From the NCBI GenBank assembly GCA_965236175.1, contig CBDEAT010000003.1:7759-47758 (forward strand): a DNA stretch of 40,000 nucleotides, written 5' to 3'. Position numbers and translations under genes: made by a program. The DNA comes from Candidatus Pelagibacterales bacterium. GTDB lineage: Bacteria; Pseudomonadota; Alphaproteobacteria; Pelagibacterales; Pelagibacteraceae. The notes below the pieces were generated by a model. It searched no databases. It was not told the origin of the DNA and saw only the letters and a list, made by a program, of their open reading frames with translations. The first letter of the stretch is position 1. Each line of letters starts with the position of its first letter. This document shows positions 1 through 13,401 of this stretch, piece by piece.

Positions 1-1023
1 AAAACTGCTGAGGGAAAATTTAAAGAAGCCTCTGAGGCCTATCAGGTTTTATCTGATCCAAAGAAAAAATCTTCCTACGATCAATTTGGACATTCTGCAT
101 TTGAAGGTGGAGCTGGTGGAGCTGGAGGTTTTGATTTTGGTGGTTTTGAATCTGGAGCATTCTCTGACATCTTCGATGATTTTTTTGGCGACTTTATGGG
201 CTCAGGTCGTGGTGGAAGGGGCTCTAAAAAATCAAGATCTAATCGCGGATCCGATTTAAAAATTAATTTAGAAATAACTTTAGAAGAAGCTTATCTTGGA
301 AAAAAACAAACTATCAATTTATCTTCAAATGAAAAATGTGAAAAATGTTCTGGAAGTGGTGCAGAACCTGGTTCAAAACCAAAAAAATGCTCTACTTGTG
401 ATGGACATGGAAAAGTAAGAACGCAGCAAGGTTTTTTTACTCTACAACAAACATGTCCTGATTGCGGAGGAGATGGTGAAATGCTTTCTAATCCTTGTAA
501 AGATTGCAAAGGATCTGGTGCTACTAAAACAAAAAAAAATCTCTCTATTCAAATTCCAAAAGGAGTTGATGATGGAACTCAAATAAGATTATCTGGAAAA
601 GGAGATGCTGGTTATAGAGGAGGATCTAATGGAGATCTTTATGTATTTATAACAGTTGAAAAACATAAAATTTTTCAAAGATCTGAAGAAAATTTATACT
701 ATAAATTACCTATATCTATGACTGATGCTGCGCTTGGTGCTGAAATAGAAGTTCCAACTATTGATGGTGGAAAATCAAAAGTTAAAATTCCTGCAGGAAC
801 ACAGTCTGGAAAACAGTTTAGACTTAAAGGCAAAGGCATGCCTATTATAAGAGGCGATCATTACGGAGATTTATATCTAGAAACAAATGTAATAATTCCT
901 GAATCTTTATCAAAAGAGCAAAAAGACTTGCTCGAAAAATTTAAATCTTTAGAAGATTTAGATAATAATTCAGAAATAAAAAATTTTATAAATAAAGCTA
1001 AAAAATTTTGGAGCGGTAATTAA
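1..1023 (+). CDS. dnaJ: Molecular chaperone DnaJ, C-terminal ~340 aa (5' end lies upstream of the window)
   Basis: Frame 1 is open from nt 1. It has a G/F-rich linker (GGAGGAGGFDFGGFESGAF) and four CxxCxGxG zinc-finger repeats (CEKCSGSG, CSTCDGHG, CPDCGGDG, CKDCKGSG). The stop overlaps the next start (TAATG). Confidence 0.95.
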   Translation, partial: KTAEGKFKEASEAYQVLSDPKKKSSYDQFGHSAFEGGAGGAGGFDFGGFESGAFSDIFDDFFGDFMGSGRGGRGSKKSRSNRGSDLKINLEITLEEAYLGKKQTINLSSNEKCEKCSGSGAEPGSKPKKCSTCDGHGKVRTQQGFFTLQQTCPDCGGDGEMLSNPCKDCKGSGATKTKKNLSIQIPKGVDDGTQIRLSGKGDAGYRGGSNGDLYVFITVEKHKIFQRSEENLYYKLPISMTDAALGAEIEVPTIDGGKSKVKIPAGTQSGKQFRLKGKGMPIIRGDHYGDLYLETNVIIPESLSKEQKDLLEKFKSLEDLDNNSEIKNFINKAKKFWSGN

Positions 1024-1798
1024 TGAAAAAGATTAACATCACAATCACGGGAGCTCTTGGAAAAATGGGAAAAATTCTCATTAAAAGAATATCTAAAAAT
1101 AAAAATCTAAAATTATTTAGTTTAACCGATCTAAAGTCTGGAAAAACTATAAATGGAATTAAAACACAAAAAAATAATTTAGAAGCATTTAAAAAAACAG
1201 ATGTTATTATTGATTTTTCAAGACCTAAAGCTTCCCTTGAAGTTTTAAATTATGCAAAAAAATTAAAAAAAAAAGTTGTAATTGGAACAACGGGTTTTAC
1301 TAAAAAACAAAATAATTTAATTAAAAATTATTCAAAAAAAATTGCTATATTTAAATCTGGCAACATGAGTCTTGGGTATTAATCTTCTAGAATATATTGT
1401 TAATATTCTCTCAAAAAAAATTCCTAATGATTATCAAATCGGAATTAGCGACGATCATCATAAAATGAAAGTTGATTATCCCATCAGGAACAGCATTGAT
1501 GTTGGCAAATGCAGTATCCAAAGGAAAAAATAAAAATCTAGAATCAATAAAAGGAAAAACGTTTTTAAATAAAAAAGGTAGTTTACAAAAAAATAAAATT
1601 AATTTTTTTATTACAAGAAAAGGAAATACTATTGGCAAACATTCCGTTCTTTTTAATAATAAAATAGAAAATATAGAATTAAAACATACTGCTTTTTCTA
1701 GAGATCTATTTGCCGATGGAGCATTAAATGCTGCTGTATGGATAAGTAAAAAAAATAAGGGCTTATTTAATATGCAAGATATGTTTGGCTTGAAATAA
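1023..1798 (+). pseudogene. dapB: 4-hydroxy-tetrahydrodipicolinate reductase DapB, interrupted by two +1 frameshifts
   Basis: It has an N-terminal GALGKMG nucleotide-binding motif. The motif DDHHKMKVD-PSGTAL matches the DapB EAHHxHKxDAPSGTA motif. The frame moves +1 at 1371-1374 (CTTG) and again at 1480-1483 (CCCA). Length is 776 = 774 + 2. Confidence 0.85.
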
Positions 1799-1827
1799 AC
1801 TTTATAAAAGTATTTGAATCTTTTTTA

Positions 1828-2467
1828 ATGCTCCTGAATAAAAATAAAGCTTTAAAGCTTATTGAGCTTTTAAATAAATCAATAAAAAATCCAAAAACAT
1901 CTTTAAAATATAGAAATCAATTTACTTTATTAACTTCTGTTGTTCTTTCAGCTCAATGCACTGATCGTTAACGTAAATAATGTTACTAAAAACATATATA
2001 AAAAATATTACACCCCCAAACATTTTGTAAAACTTGGAATAAATAAAATAAGAAATCTTATTAAAAGTATAGGACTATTTAATAACAAAGCTAAAAATTT
2101 ATATTATTTATCTAAAATTTTATTAGAAAAACATCAAAGCAAAGTTCCAAATAAATTTGAAGAGCTAATACTTCTTCCTGGAGTTGGCAGAAAAACAGCA
2201 AATGTTGTTTTAAATGCCGCATTTAATAAACCAACTATTGCTGTAGATACTCATGTTTTTAGAGTTGGTAATAGAACGGGTCTTTCTAATGGTAAAAATC
2301 CAGAACAAGTTGAAAATCAACTTTTAAAAATATTACCTAAAAAACACATAAAAAAAGCCCATCATTTAATACTTTTGCATGGAAGATATATATGCAAAGC
2401 TAGAAATCCATTATGCAAAAAGTGTGTAATTAATAAAATTTGCCTATACAAAGGAAAAAATGAATAA
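1828..2467 (+). pseudogene. nth: Endonuclease III (Nth), one +1 frameshift
   Basis: Motifs seen are LSAQCTD, the HhH motif LPGVGRKTANVVL, and a C-terminal 4Fe-4S cluster Cx6Cx2Cx5C (CKARNPLCKKCVINKIC). There is an extra base at 1963-1966 (GAT C GTT). Length is 640 = 639 + 1. Confidence 0.85.
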
Positions 2468-3414
2468 AAAAATATTAGGAATAGGCAATGCAATTGTTGA
2501 TGTACTTGCAAAAGTAGATGATGAATTTTTAATAAAAAGAAACCTTGTTAAGGGTTCCATGAAACTTATTAATAAATCTGAATTTGAAGATCTTAAAAAA
2601 AATATTAAAATTGAAAAAATTGTAGCAGGCGGTTCCGTTGCTAACACTATGTCTGGAATTGCTTATCTAAAAGGAAGACCGTCTTTTATTGGAAAAATTA
2701 ACTCTGATAGTTTTGGAAAAATATATAAAAAAAGTCTTGAAGATATAAATGTTAAGTTTTCTTATCTTCAAAAAAATGAAAATTTGTCGACAGGCGCTTC
2801 TATCATTTTGATTACTCCTGACTCTGAAAGAACTATGTGTACTTATCTTGGAATATCCTCACATCTTTCAGAAAACGATATTAATGAAAATAATATCACT
2901 AGATCATGAATTAATTTTTTTAGAAGGGTATCTTTGGGATAAAGGAATAAGTGAAAAAATGTTTAAACATGCAATAAATATAGCAAAAAAAAATAAAGTT
3001 AAAATTGCAATGAGTTTGTCTGATATTTTTTGCGTAACCAGACATAAACAAGACTTTTATAACCTACTTAAAAATGATCTTAGATATATTAATAGGGAAT
3101 GAAAATGAAATAAACGAATTAACAAATAAAAAAAATTTATTAGATTCAATAAACCAATTAAAACAATTCAATAAATTAATCAGTTATTACCAGAAGCGAA
3201 AATGGAAGTTTGGCAATCAAACAATAATGAAGTGACAGAATGTCAAAGTATAAAAATTAATAAACTATTGGATCTCACTGGGCGCTGGAGATTTGTTTGC
3301 TGCAGGATTTTTAAAAGAATATATGGATAAATCTGATATTAAAAAATGCCTTATCCACCGGATCAGATCTTAGCTTCAAAAATAATTCAAAGAATTGGTG
3401 CAAGATTAGAATAA
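2460..3414 (+). pseudogene. PfkB-family carbohydrate/adenosine kinase, seven +1 frameshifts
   Basis: The N-terminus ILGIGNAIVDVLAKVDDEFL...GGSVANT is typical of alphaproteobacterial adenosine kinases. The PfkB signature TGAGDLFAAGFL is recovered only after frame correction. Length is 955 = 948 + 7. Shifts include 3079-3082, 3179-3182, 3219-3222, 3280-3283, 3350-3353 and 3369-3372. Confidence 0.8.
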
Positions 3415-3421
3415 CTTTTTT

Positions 3422-4069
3422 TTATTTTGACAAATAATATAAAGAGTTTTTTTCAATAATAAATTTTTTATCGTTGAAAAATCTTTCTATTTTTTTTCTT
3501 AATCGGTGTAAATGCGTTTCAAAAGCATGAGTTTCTAATTCTGAATTATGATTCCAAATACTTTTTAATAAAGAGGATTTTTTTAAACCATTATTGTTTA
3601 TCTAAGATTAACAATTAAGTTCTAATTCTTTTTCTGTAAGTTTAACTTTAGTTCCTTCTCTTCGTAATAATTCTTTGATTAGAATCAATTTCATAATTAT
3701 TAATAGTTATTTTAGATTTTTTAAAAAAACTATATTTAGTAATTAAGATGTTTAGTATTTCTCTAAAAGACAAATACTATCGACTGGTAGAGATAAAGTT
3801 TTGGTGAAAGTTTAATAAAGATAATTTATTCTTTAATAAATAATCTCTTGTCTTTTAAAAAAAAAATAGTTGGTATATTTTCAATAAAATATTTTTTTAC
3901 TTCTGTTAATTTTAATTCTTCGGGAAATACAATTCTAACAATAAATTCTGGATTATTTTTTTTATTAAGATTTACTTGTACAGTTGAAAGATTGTAACCA
4001 AGATTTAAGTCGTTTATTATATTTAAGAAAACTTTTGATCCATATAATATAAAGATGAATATTATTCAT
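3422..4069 (-). pseudogene. OmpR/PhoB-type response regulator remnant (many frameshifts and stops)
   Basis: The minus-strand translation gives a winged-helix C-terminus: LTEKELEL..., SIWNHNSELETHAFETHLHRLRKKIE..., and a final YYL. The receiver-like N-terminal part is scattered over at least 5 frame segments. Confidence 0.5.
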
Positions 4070-4092
4070 AAATAATATATATATATTTCAAT

Positions 4093-4600
4093 ATGATTAT
4101 TGTAAAAAAATCAGGCTATTTAAAGTATAAAAACTTTAAATTTCGTTGTGCCTTAGGAAAAAATGGCATTGGTAATAAAAAATAAAGGAAGGAGATAGAC
4201 ATAACTCCTAGAGGAACATTTAAAATAACCAAGATTATATTACAGAGCCTGACAAGATTAAAAATATTAATAACCTTCTTTAAAAAAGATCAAAATTAAA
4301 AAAAATATGGGATGGTGTGACGATCCAAAAAGCAAATTTTATAACAAACAAATAAAGTTACCATAGTAAATTTGGCTCACGAGAGACTTTATAGAAGTGA
4401 TAATATTTACGATATAATAGCGGTCTTAAATTATAACATAAATCCAATTATTAAAAATAAAGGTAGTGCAATATTTATTACATATTGCAAAAAATAATTA
4501 TAAACTAACAGCGGGGTGTGTAGCGATTAAAAAAAGTAATTTAATAAAACTATTAAAAATAATAAAGAAAAATACTAAAGTAAAAATTTCTACAACTTAA
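4093..4600 (+). pseudogene. L,D-transpeptidase (YkuD-like catalytic domain) remnant
   Basis: Fragments seen are KEGDRHTPRGTFKI, RSDNIYDIIAVLNYN and GSAIFIHIAKNNYKLTAGCVAI (a His...xGC catalytic motif). They lie in different frames with internal stops. Confidence 0.6.
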
Positions 4601-5245
4601 TTTTCATTAAATATTGCAGAACCAATCCTTAACATATGTTAGAACCACGTTTTGAATTGCTTCTCATATAATCATTACTCATTCCCATGCTTAAATTGAA
4701 TAATTGATTATTATTTGCAATTTTTTTTAAATCTTAAAAAATAATTTCTTAGGATCTTCTGCTACAGGAGGCAGGCACATAAGACCAATTACATTTATTT
4801 TTAATTCACTTTTACAAAAATTAATAAATTTACAAGAATCTTCTATTGAAATTCCTGACTTTTTGGCTTTTCCTGCCCAATATTTATTTGAATAAAATAA
4901 TTTAGTTTTTTATTAAAATTTTTTTCTTCTTGAGATATTTTTAAAGCTAATTTTTCACTATCTAAAGAATGAATAAAAGAAAAATGATTGATAGCCTCAA
5001 CAACTTTATTCGTTTGTAACTTTCCAATCAAATGTAATTTTAAATTCTGTATTAACTTTTAATAAATCTGACCATTTAGTAATACTTTCTTGAACTCGAT
5101 TTTCTCCAAAATGAATATGTCCAATATCAATAATAGGTTTTATATGAGAAATTAAAAAAGTTTTAGAAACAACTATTAAAATAGTATTCTTAGATATGTT
5201 ATTTATATTGTTTAAAATTTGATTATAATTTTCTAAAATATTCAT
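4597..5245 (-). pseudogene. yggS: PLP-binding homeostasis protein YggS family, multiply frameshifted
   Basis: Motifs FGENRVQE, HLIGKLQTNK, GLMCLPP, LSMGMSNDY and RIGSAIF all read on the minus strand but in at least 5 frame segments. Both insertions and apparent deletions are present. Confidence 0.75.
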
Positions 5246-5874
5246 ATGAACTTTAATACATCTTATTTTGAAAATTTCTATTTTTTTACAAACAATTTAA
5301 CTGAAGAAAATGAGAAGAATATTAAGTAAATTTAAAAATATTGCCATTATTTACAATCAATAACTGCAACATTCTAATGCAACACACTAAAGAATTGATG
5401 AGAAATTATAAAATTTTGTAAAAAAAATAAAATTAAAGTTTATATTAAAGACGACATAAAAAAAGCATATAGAATATAAATGCTAAATGGTATTTTTTTG
5501 TCAAGCAATAACAAAAGGAAATGTATCATTAATAACAATTTTAACCAATAAAATTAATTTTAAAATTATTGGATCAGCACACTCTCAATAATGATTATTT
5601 TTTTAAAAAAAAGCACAAGGCTGTAAAGATATATTTTTATCTCCATTATTTAAAAATCATAAAATACAGTCAAAATAAAATATTAAATATTTGTAAGTTC
5701 AATTTAATTTCAAATAAATGGACGTGTAATTTATTTGCTCTTGGTGGAATAAACTCAACTAATTTAAAAAAAGTTTTTATGACTAAAAGTAGAGGTATTG
5801 GTTTTGTATCTTTTATAAATGATCTTGAAAATAAAAAAGCCCGTCTACTTTTTAAAGTAGACGGGCTTTATTAA
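5246..5874 (+). pseudogene. Thiamine-phosphate synthase (ThiE/TenI)-like remnant
   Basis: Fragments seen are FYFFTNN, IIGSAHS and a C-terminal LFALGGINSTNLKKV...GIGFVSFI, scattered over several frames with stops. The family assignment is tentative. Confidence 0.45.
5839..5866. terminator. Bidirectional rho-independent terminator between convergent genes
   Basis: A perfect 10-bp GC-rich stem (GCCCGTCTAC / GTAGACGGGC) with an 8-nt T/A loop. It is flanked by A6 upstream and TTTATT downstream. Confidence 0.75.
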
Positions 5875-5896
5875 TAAATTTCTATAATTATAAAAT

Positions 5897-7011
5897 TAGA
5901 AGTTTGTTCTAAGTTTTAAAGTTATAGAATCAACGTCAGTGCCAGCAACTACCGCCAACATCTGTGTGTTTTACCTAACGTTAACTATTAGCAGCAACAG
6001 GTCCTAAGTTGTAACCAACTTGCAACAGATTTAAGTTTCATCTTCTGCAGCTAAGTTCTGTAGCAACTGTTGCTTGATAGTTAAGTGACCTATAGATCCG
6101 TAAGATCGTTTCCTAGCAGTATACGCTAAACCGTAATCATTTTGCTTTCTTGTTTCACCAGTATTGTAACAGCTGTAGCTGTTGGTTCCACCGTACTCAA
6201 ACTCTTTTCTATTGTAACCAATGAGTAATGGGACCATGCAGTGTATGTAATACCAGCAGTAATAAACTGTGCATCTCTGTTGTGATGAAGATTCAGAACC
6301 AATTTTTTTCTTCTGAGTCACCGAACCTACTTCTAAAGCTAGTCCAGAAATTCCAACATTAGAAAGTTCTAAAAGAGCTGAATAACCAGACCCTTCATCA
6401 CCTTCTACTGCTGCCGTGTCAGCTCCACCGCAACCAGCAGTTTGAGTTTTGCTACATGACATTGTTGGTGCGTAAGCTAAAGTTAGTTGTCCAACACCTG
6501 GGAAAGCTTGTCTAATTGCAACACCTGCAGCTGCAGACGTGTTAATTGGATCAGCTAACATATTAGTTGTAGCAGTGGATCCACCTTGTGATCCTGTGCC
6601 TTTTCCAATTTCTCCAACCACTGGAATCATAGAACGATCGAAATCATTCATATGGTCAATACCAACGCTGAAAGTAGTGTTTCCAGAAATTAAATCAATG
6701 TAAACGTTTTCATTAGCCATTGATTTAAATGGAGTTGCATTTCCAGCAACATCACTTGCGTCAAGCTCTAGAGAAAAACCAGCAGCATAATCCATGCCAT
6801 TGTTTAATTTACCTTTGCTTTGCAACGTTTAATTGAGTTTCAATTAACATACCTCTGTTTAGAAGCTGTTGATAACAGCGCCTGCAGCGCCAGTTTCAGT
6901 TGTTAGGCCTCTAAAACCAACAGTCATGTTTCCACCAACTGTTGTTTGTGCAATAGCTGAAGTTGAAAGAACAACTCCTACTAATGCTGTAGATAATAAA
7001 AGTTTTTTCAT
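5897..7011 (-). pseudogene. Putative outer-membrane porin-like beta-barrel protein, frameshifted
   Basis: It has a signal peptide (MKKLLLSTALVGVVLSTSAIAQ) and a Gly/Ala/Thr/Ser-rich body. The C-terminus ...ITLKLRTNF ends in Phe, as an OMP beta-signal does. Three in-frame stops lie at 6830-6870 and further shifts near 6030 and 5950. GC content is visibly higher than in the neighbours. Confidence 0.55.
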
Positions 7012-7221
7012 TTTATTATATTCCTTTTGTTTAAGTTAAAATTCTGTCTAACTATTTAGATAGAATTGGTTGATTGTTTAGCATTTTTAGATCAATTATT
7101 TTATATTTCTATCAATTATCTAATTTATTTATTATTATATGTTGCTTATTTACCACACTTTTTAATAAAGCAAATTTTCCTTGGTTTATTCAGTTTTTCA
7201 TCTATTAATAAACATTAATTT

Positions 7222-7737
7222 ATGGGCTCTAAAATTTTCTTAATCATTTTTATTGTATTATTATCATGCAAAAGCAATGAAAGTCGGCCTGAATTTGAAA
7301 CAAAACCAGTAGAACCGGACCCATTCAAAAGAGCAAAAGATGCCGCTGAAAAAGGCGGAGGCATATTCATGCAAGGAAGAGATAATCAAAATACAACCTT
7401 TAGTTTTGCTTCGTCTAATGTTCTGTGGCGCGCAACGTTAAAAAGTTTAGATTTTTTACCTTTATTAAATGCTGACTATTCTGGAGGTATAATTATTACG
7501 GATTGGTATACGGAAGACATTAATTCTAAAAATTCTATTAAATTAACCATAAGATTTCTAGGAAATGATCTTAGGTCGGACTCTCTAGAAATAATTGCAC
7601 ATAGAAAAACTTGTGAAGCTTCTGAGAATTGCAAGATAACATTATTAAATAAAAATTTTTCTCAAGAAATTAAAGATTCAATTGTTAACAATGCTAGAAT
7701 GTTAAAGATTGAAGATGAAAAAAAAAAAATAAAATAA
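7222..7737 (+). CDS. DUF3576-family lipoprotein
   Basis: The ORF is intact. It has a lipobox (LLSC) and the motif [31 protein letters not shown], typical of the alphaproteobacterial DUF3576 proteins found next to leuS. Confidence 0.75.
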   Translation: MGSKIFLIIFIVLLSCKSNESRPEFETKPVEPDPFKRAKDAAEKGGGIFMQGRDNQNTTFSFASSNVLWRATLKSLDFLPLLNADYSGGIIITDWYTEDINSKNSIKLTIRFLGNDLRSDSLEIIAHRKTCEASENCKITLLNKNFSQEIKDSIVNNARMLKIEDEKKKIK

Positions 7738-7744
7738 AATAGCC

Positions 7745-10273
<2,529 letters not shown>

Positions 10274-10284
<11 letters not shown>

Positions 10285-10739
10285 ATTTTTTTTAGCTTCT
10301 TATAATATCAGTCATTTTAACTCATTGTGGTTTTTCACCTATTTATACTGGGAACACTAAACAAGTAGTTATTTCTAAATCTGAAATAGTTGGTGATAAA
10401 GATCTAGCTTTTAATCTAGAACAAAAATTAAATTTTAAAAAAGATGAAAAGAATTTAACTGCTTATATATTTAAAGCTCAAATTTATGATACAGCCGAAA
10501 GCTCTCTTGTGGATTCAAGAGGAATTGCAACTGAAGAAATTATTAAGTTAACAGTGAGCTATCAATTTCAAGATAAAAATGGCGTTGTAATATACCAAGA
10601 TGCCATAACTAAAGATAAAAGGGTTTCTGTCACAGACAATCTATCAAATAATATTCTAGTAAAAAATAATGAAAAAAGAGTATTATTAGATTCTATAATT
10701 CAAAATATCTTATTTAAATCTAGAGTCTCATTAAATTAG
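10274..10739 (+). pseudogene. lptE: LPS-assembly lipoprotein LptE, one +1 frameshift in the signal peptide
   Basis: It occupies the conserved leuS-lptE-holA position. The lipobox LTHCGF is recovered after a shift near 10295-10300. Length is 466 = 465 + 1. Confidence 0.65.
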
Positions 10740-10744
10740 TTTAA

Positions 10745-11767
10745 ATGCTCTTAAAATCACAAGAGATAAGCCTAAAAAAAAAGGATTTTTTTAAAGAAAA
10801 AGTAATTCTTTTGTACGGAGAAAATCAAGATCTAATTAATGACTTAAATCAACAAATTATATCTAAATTTATAGAAGAAAAAAAAATCTCAAAATCTTTT
10901 TTTGAAGAAGATTTAGTTAAGAATCCAGAAAATATTATTAATTATTATCTTAATGGATCATTATTTGATGATAATAAAAATATCTCGATCATTAAAAACT
11001 GTTCTGACAAAATATTAGAAATTATTAATAAAATAAAAAATAATATTAATGATAACATTATTATTCTCAACTCAGAAATACTTCTAAAAAATTCTAAACT
11101 AAGACAATTTGGAGAATATGATAAATTAGCTATTTGTATTCCTTGTTACCAAGAGACTAAATTTGATATAAAAAAATTTCTTACACAGCAACTCCAGATA
11201 AATAATATTCAATTATCGGATTCACAAAGTGAAACTATTATTAACTCATCATCTTTGAAAAGATCGAAGATTAAAGAAGCAATAGAAAAGTTAAATCTAT
11301 ATAAAAGTTCAGGAAAAATAACAGATCAGATCATTGACGAAATTTGTACTGACGCAGATCTAAAAAAAAATGATGAAATTATTGATATTTTATTATCTAA
11401 AAATGAAAAAAATATTAATGAGTTCATATCCAATATGTCTAATTATGAAAAAAATTTTATAGAAATAATTATTATTCTTAGGTCATTCATAATTAAGATT
11501 CTTGATATACAAAAAAATAATAAAAATCTTTCAATCGATGAAAGAATTGAAAAATACAAACCACCTATTTTCTGGAAAGATAAAGATAGAATAAAAAATA
11601 TCTTAAAAATTTGGAATACTAATAATCTTGAAAAATTTCTTAGTAATTTAAATATTATTGAAACTGAGTTTAAGAGAAATGATTTAAATCAAGATACCCA
11701 ATTTTATTATTTTTTAACTCAAAACCTATCTAAAATAGCCTTTAAGAACACTAATAATTTTATTTAA
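10745..11767 (+). CDS. holA: DNA polymerase III subunit delta
   Basis: An intact 340-aa ORF downstream of lptE, with an N-terminal ILLYGEN motif typical of HolA. Confidence 0.75.
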   Translation: MLLKSQEISLKKKDFFKEKVILLYGENQDLINDLNQQIISKFIEEKKISKSFFEEDLVKNPENIINYYLNGSLFDDNKNISIIKNCSDKILEIINKIKNNINDNIIILNSEILLKNSKLRQFGEYDKLAICIPCYQETKFDIKKFLTQQLQINNIQLSDSQSETIINSSSLKRSKIKEAIEKLNLYKSSGKITDQIIDEICTDADLKKNDEIIDILLSKNEKNINEFISNMSNYEKNFIEIIIILRSFIIKILDIQKNNKNLSIDERIEKYKPPIFWKDKDRIKNILKIWNTNNLEKFLSNLNIIETEFKRNDLNQDTQFYYFLTQNLSKIAFKNTNNFI

Positions 11768-12592
11768 TTGATCAAGATTTTTATAAGAAAATTTAATTTC
11801 TCCAGAATTATTTTTCTTATTTTTAATATCTACTTTTATTCCCATCAATAGTCCAAGATCGCTTTCTAAGGATTTGATATTAGTATCTTTGCTATTCGTC
11901 TTAATTTTTTTTAAGCTGGAAAAAACTTGTTCTTTTTTGACCAAAAATTCAGCCTGCCTCACAGAAAGATTCTTGTTAACTATTATTTTCGCAAGTTTAA
12001 TATTGTCTGGAACATTGACTAAACATCTTGCGTGTCCTGAAGTTAACAATCCATCTGAAATCATTTTTTTTATCTCTTCGGGTAAACCAGCTAGTCTAAG
12101 TGTATTAGCAATATGACTTCTGCTTTTTCCTAAAATTTTTGATAATGTTTCTTGAGAATAAGCAAATTTTCTTACTAAATTATCATAACCCAAAGCCTCT
12201 TCTATTCCGTTTAAATCTGATCTTTGAATATTTTCTAATATTGCAAATTCTAAAGATTTTTTATCATCAATATTTAAAATAATAACTGGCACTTCGTGAA
12301 TTTTTGCAAGTTGAGCTGCTCTCCATCTTCTTTCTCCTGCAACAATCTCATATTTATCTTCTGATTTTTTTCTAACTAATATTGGCTGAATAATTCCCTG
12401 CTCCTTAATTGACTCTGAAAGTTCATTTAGTAATTCTTGATTAAAATTTTTTCTTGGCTGAGATGGATTAGCATAGACAAAATGTATAGGAATTTTTTCT
12501 GATGAACTTTTAGTTTGAATATTTTCTGGAGGAACGTCCCCCATTAATGCTGACAGACCTTTTCCTAAACCTTTAAATTTATTTCCAATCAT
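11726..12592 (-). CDS. parB: Chromosome partitioning protein ParB
   Basis: It has the ParB box (IIQPILVRK...YEIVAGERRWRAA) and an HTH (SQETLSKILGKSRSHIANTLRL). Its 3' end overlaps holA by 42 nt in convergent orientation. Confidence 0.95.
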   Translation of the reverse strand: MIGNKFKGLGKGLSALMGDVPPENIQTKSSSEKIPIHFVYANPSQPRKNFNQELLNELSESIKEQGIIQPILVRKKSEDKYEIVAGERRWRAAQLAKIHEVPVIILNIDDKKSLEFAILENIQRSDLNGIEEALGYDNLVRKFAYSQETLSKILGKSRSHIANTLRLAGLPEEIKKMISDGLLTSGHARCLVNVPDNIKLAKIIVNKNLSVRQAEFLVKKEQVFSSLKKIKTNSKDTNIKSLESDLGLLMGIKVDIKNKKNNSGEIKFSYKNLDQLNKIISVLKGYFR

Positions 12593-13393
12593 TTATGCAA
12601 CTTTTTTTTCTTCCAAATTTTCTCTAATTAAAAACTCATCCACAAACTGATTATAAGCCAATGAACCCGAACAATTTTTATCGTACAAAATCACTGGCAT
12701 TCCAAATGAAGGTGCTTCTGAAATTCTTACATTACGAGGTATGTTTGTATTATAGACCTTATTACCAAAAAAATTTCTTCCTTCTTTTTCAACATCAGCA
12801 CAAAGTTTATTTCGTTTATCATACATAGTCAGAACTATGCCTTGTATTTCTAAATTAGGATTTAAATTAATTTTTATACGATCAATTGTTTTAACTAGCT
12901 GACTTAACCCCTCTAAAGCAAAAAACTCTGTTTGCAATGGAACAACTAACGAATGAGAAATAACTAAAGACATAATTGTAAGAAGACTAAGAGATGGAGG
13001 GCAATCAATTATAATGTATGAAAATTTTTCTTTTTCTAAATTATTTATTGGATCATCAATAATATTTTTTAATAAAAAAGCTTTTTGAGAATTATTTGCA
13101 ACCTCAGTTTCGAGTCCTGACAAATCTGCATTTGCTGGTATGATGCTTAAATTTTCTATCTTAGTTTTTTTTATGCATTCAAAAAAAGAATCTTTCTTTA
13201 TAAGCAAATCATAAATTGATTTTTCTCTCTCACTCTGACTAATCCCAACACCAGTTGATGCATTGCCTTGGGGATCAAGATCGATAAGTAAAACTTTATA
13301 ATTTTTAAGAGCTAGACCTGCAGCTAAGTTAATTGCCGTAGTAGTTTTACCAACTCCACCTTTCTGATTTATAACTGAAATTATCCTAGGCAT
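12593..13393 (-). CDS. parA: Chromosome partitioning ATPase ParA
   Basis: It has the deviant Walker A motif NQKGGVGKTTT and lies immediately upstream of parB. Confidence 0.95.
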   Translation of the reverse strand: MPRIISVINQKGGVGKTTTAINLAAGLALKNYKVLLIDLDPQGNASTGVGISQSEREKSIYDLLIKKDSFFECIKKTKIENLSIIPANADLSGLETEVANNSQKAFLLKNIIDDPINNLEKEKFSYIIIDCPPSLSLLTIMSLVISHSLVVPLQTEFFALEGLSQLVKTIDRIKINLNPNLEIQGIVLTMYDKRNKLCADVEKEGRNFFGNKVYNTNIPRNVRISEAPSFGMPVILYDKNCSGSLAYNQFVDEFLIRENLEEKKVA

Positions 13394-13401
13394 TTACAAC
13401 T

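Noticed and set aside
3351-3359. Near-consensus DnaA-box-like 9-mers inside coding sequence: TTATCCACC at 3351-3359 in the kinase gene and GATCCACA near 28380-28387 in hisA.
   Set aside because: They are isolated single sites within genes, far from the candidate origin, with no clustering. The first also overlaps one of the suspect extra bases.
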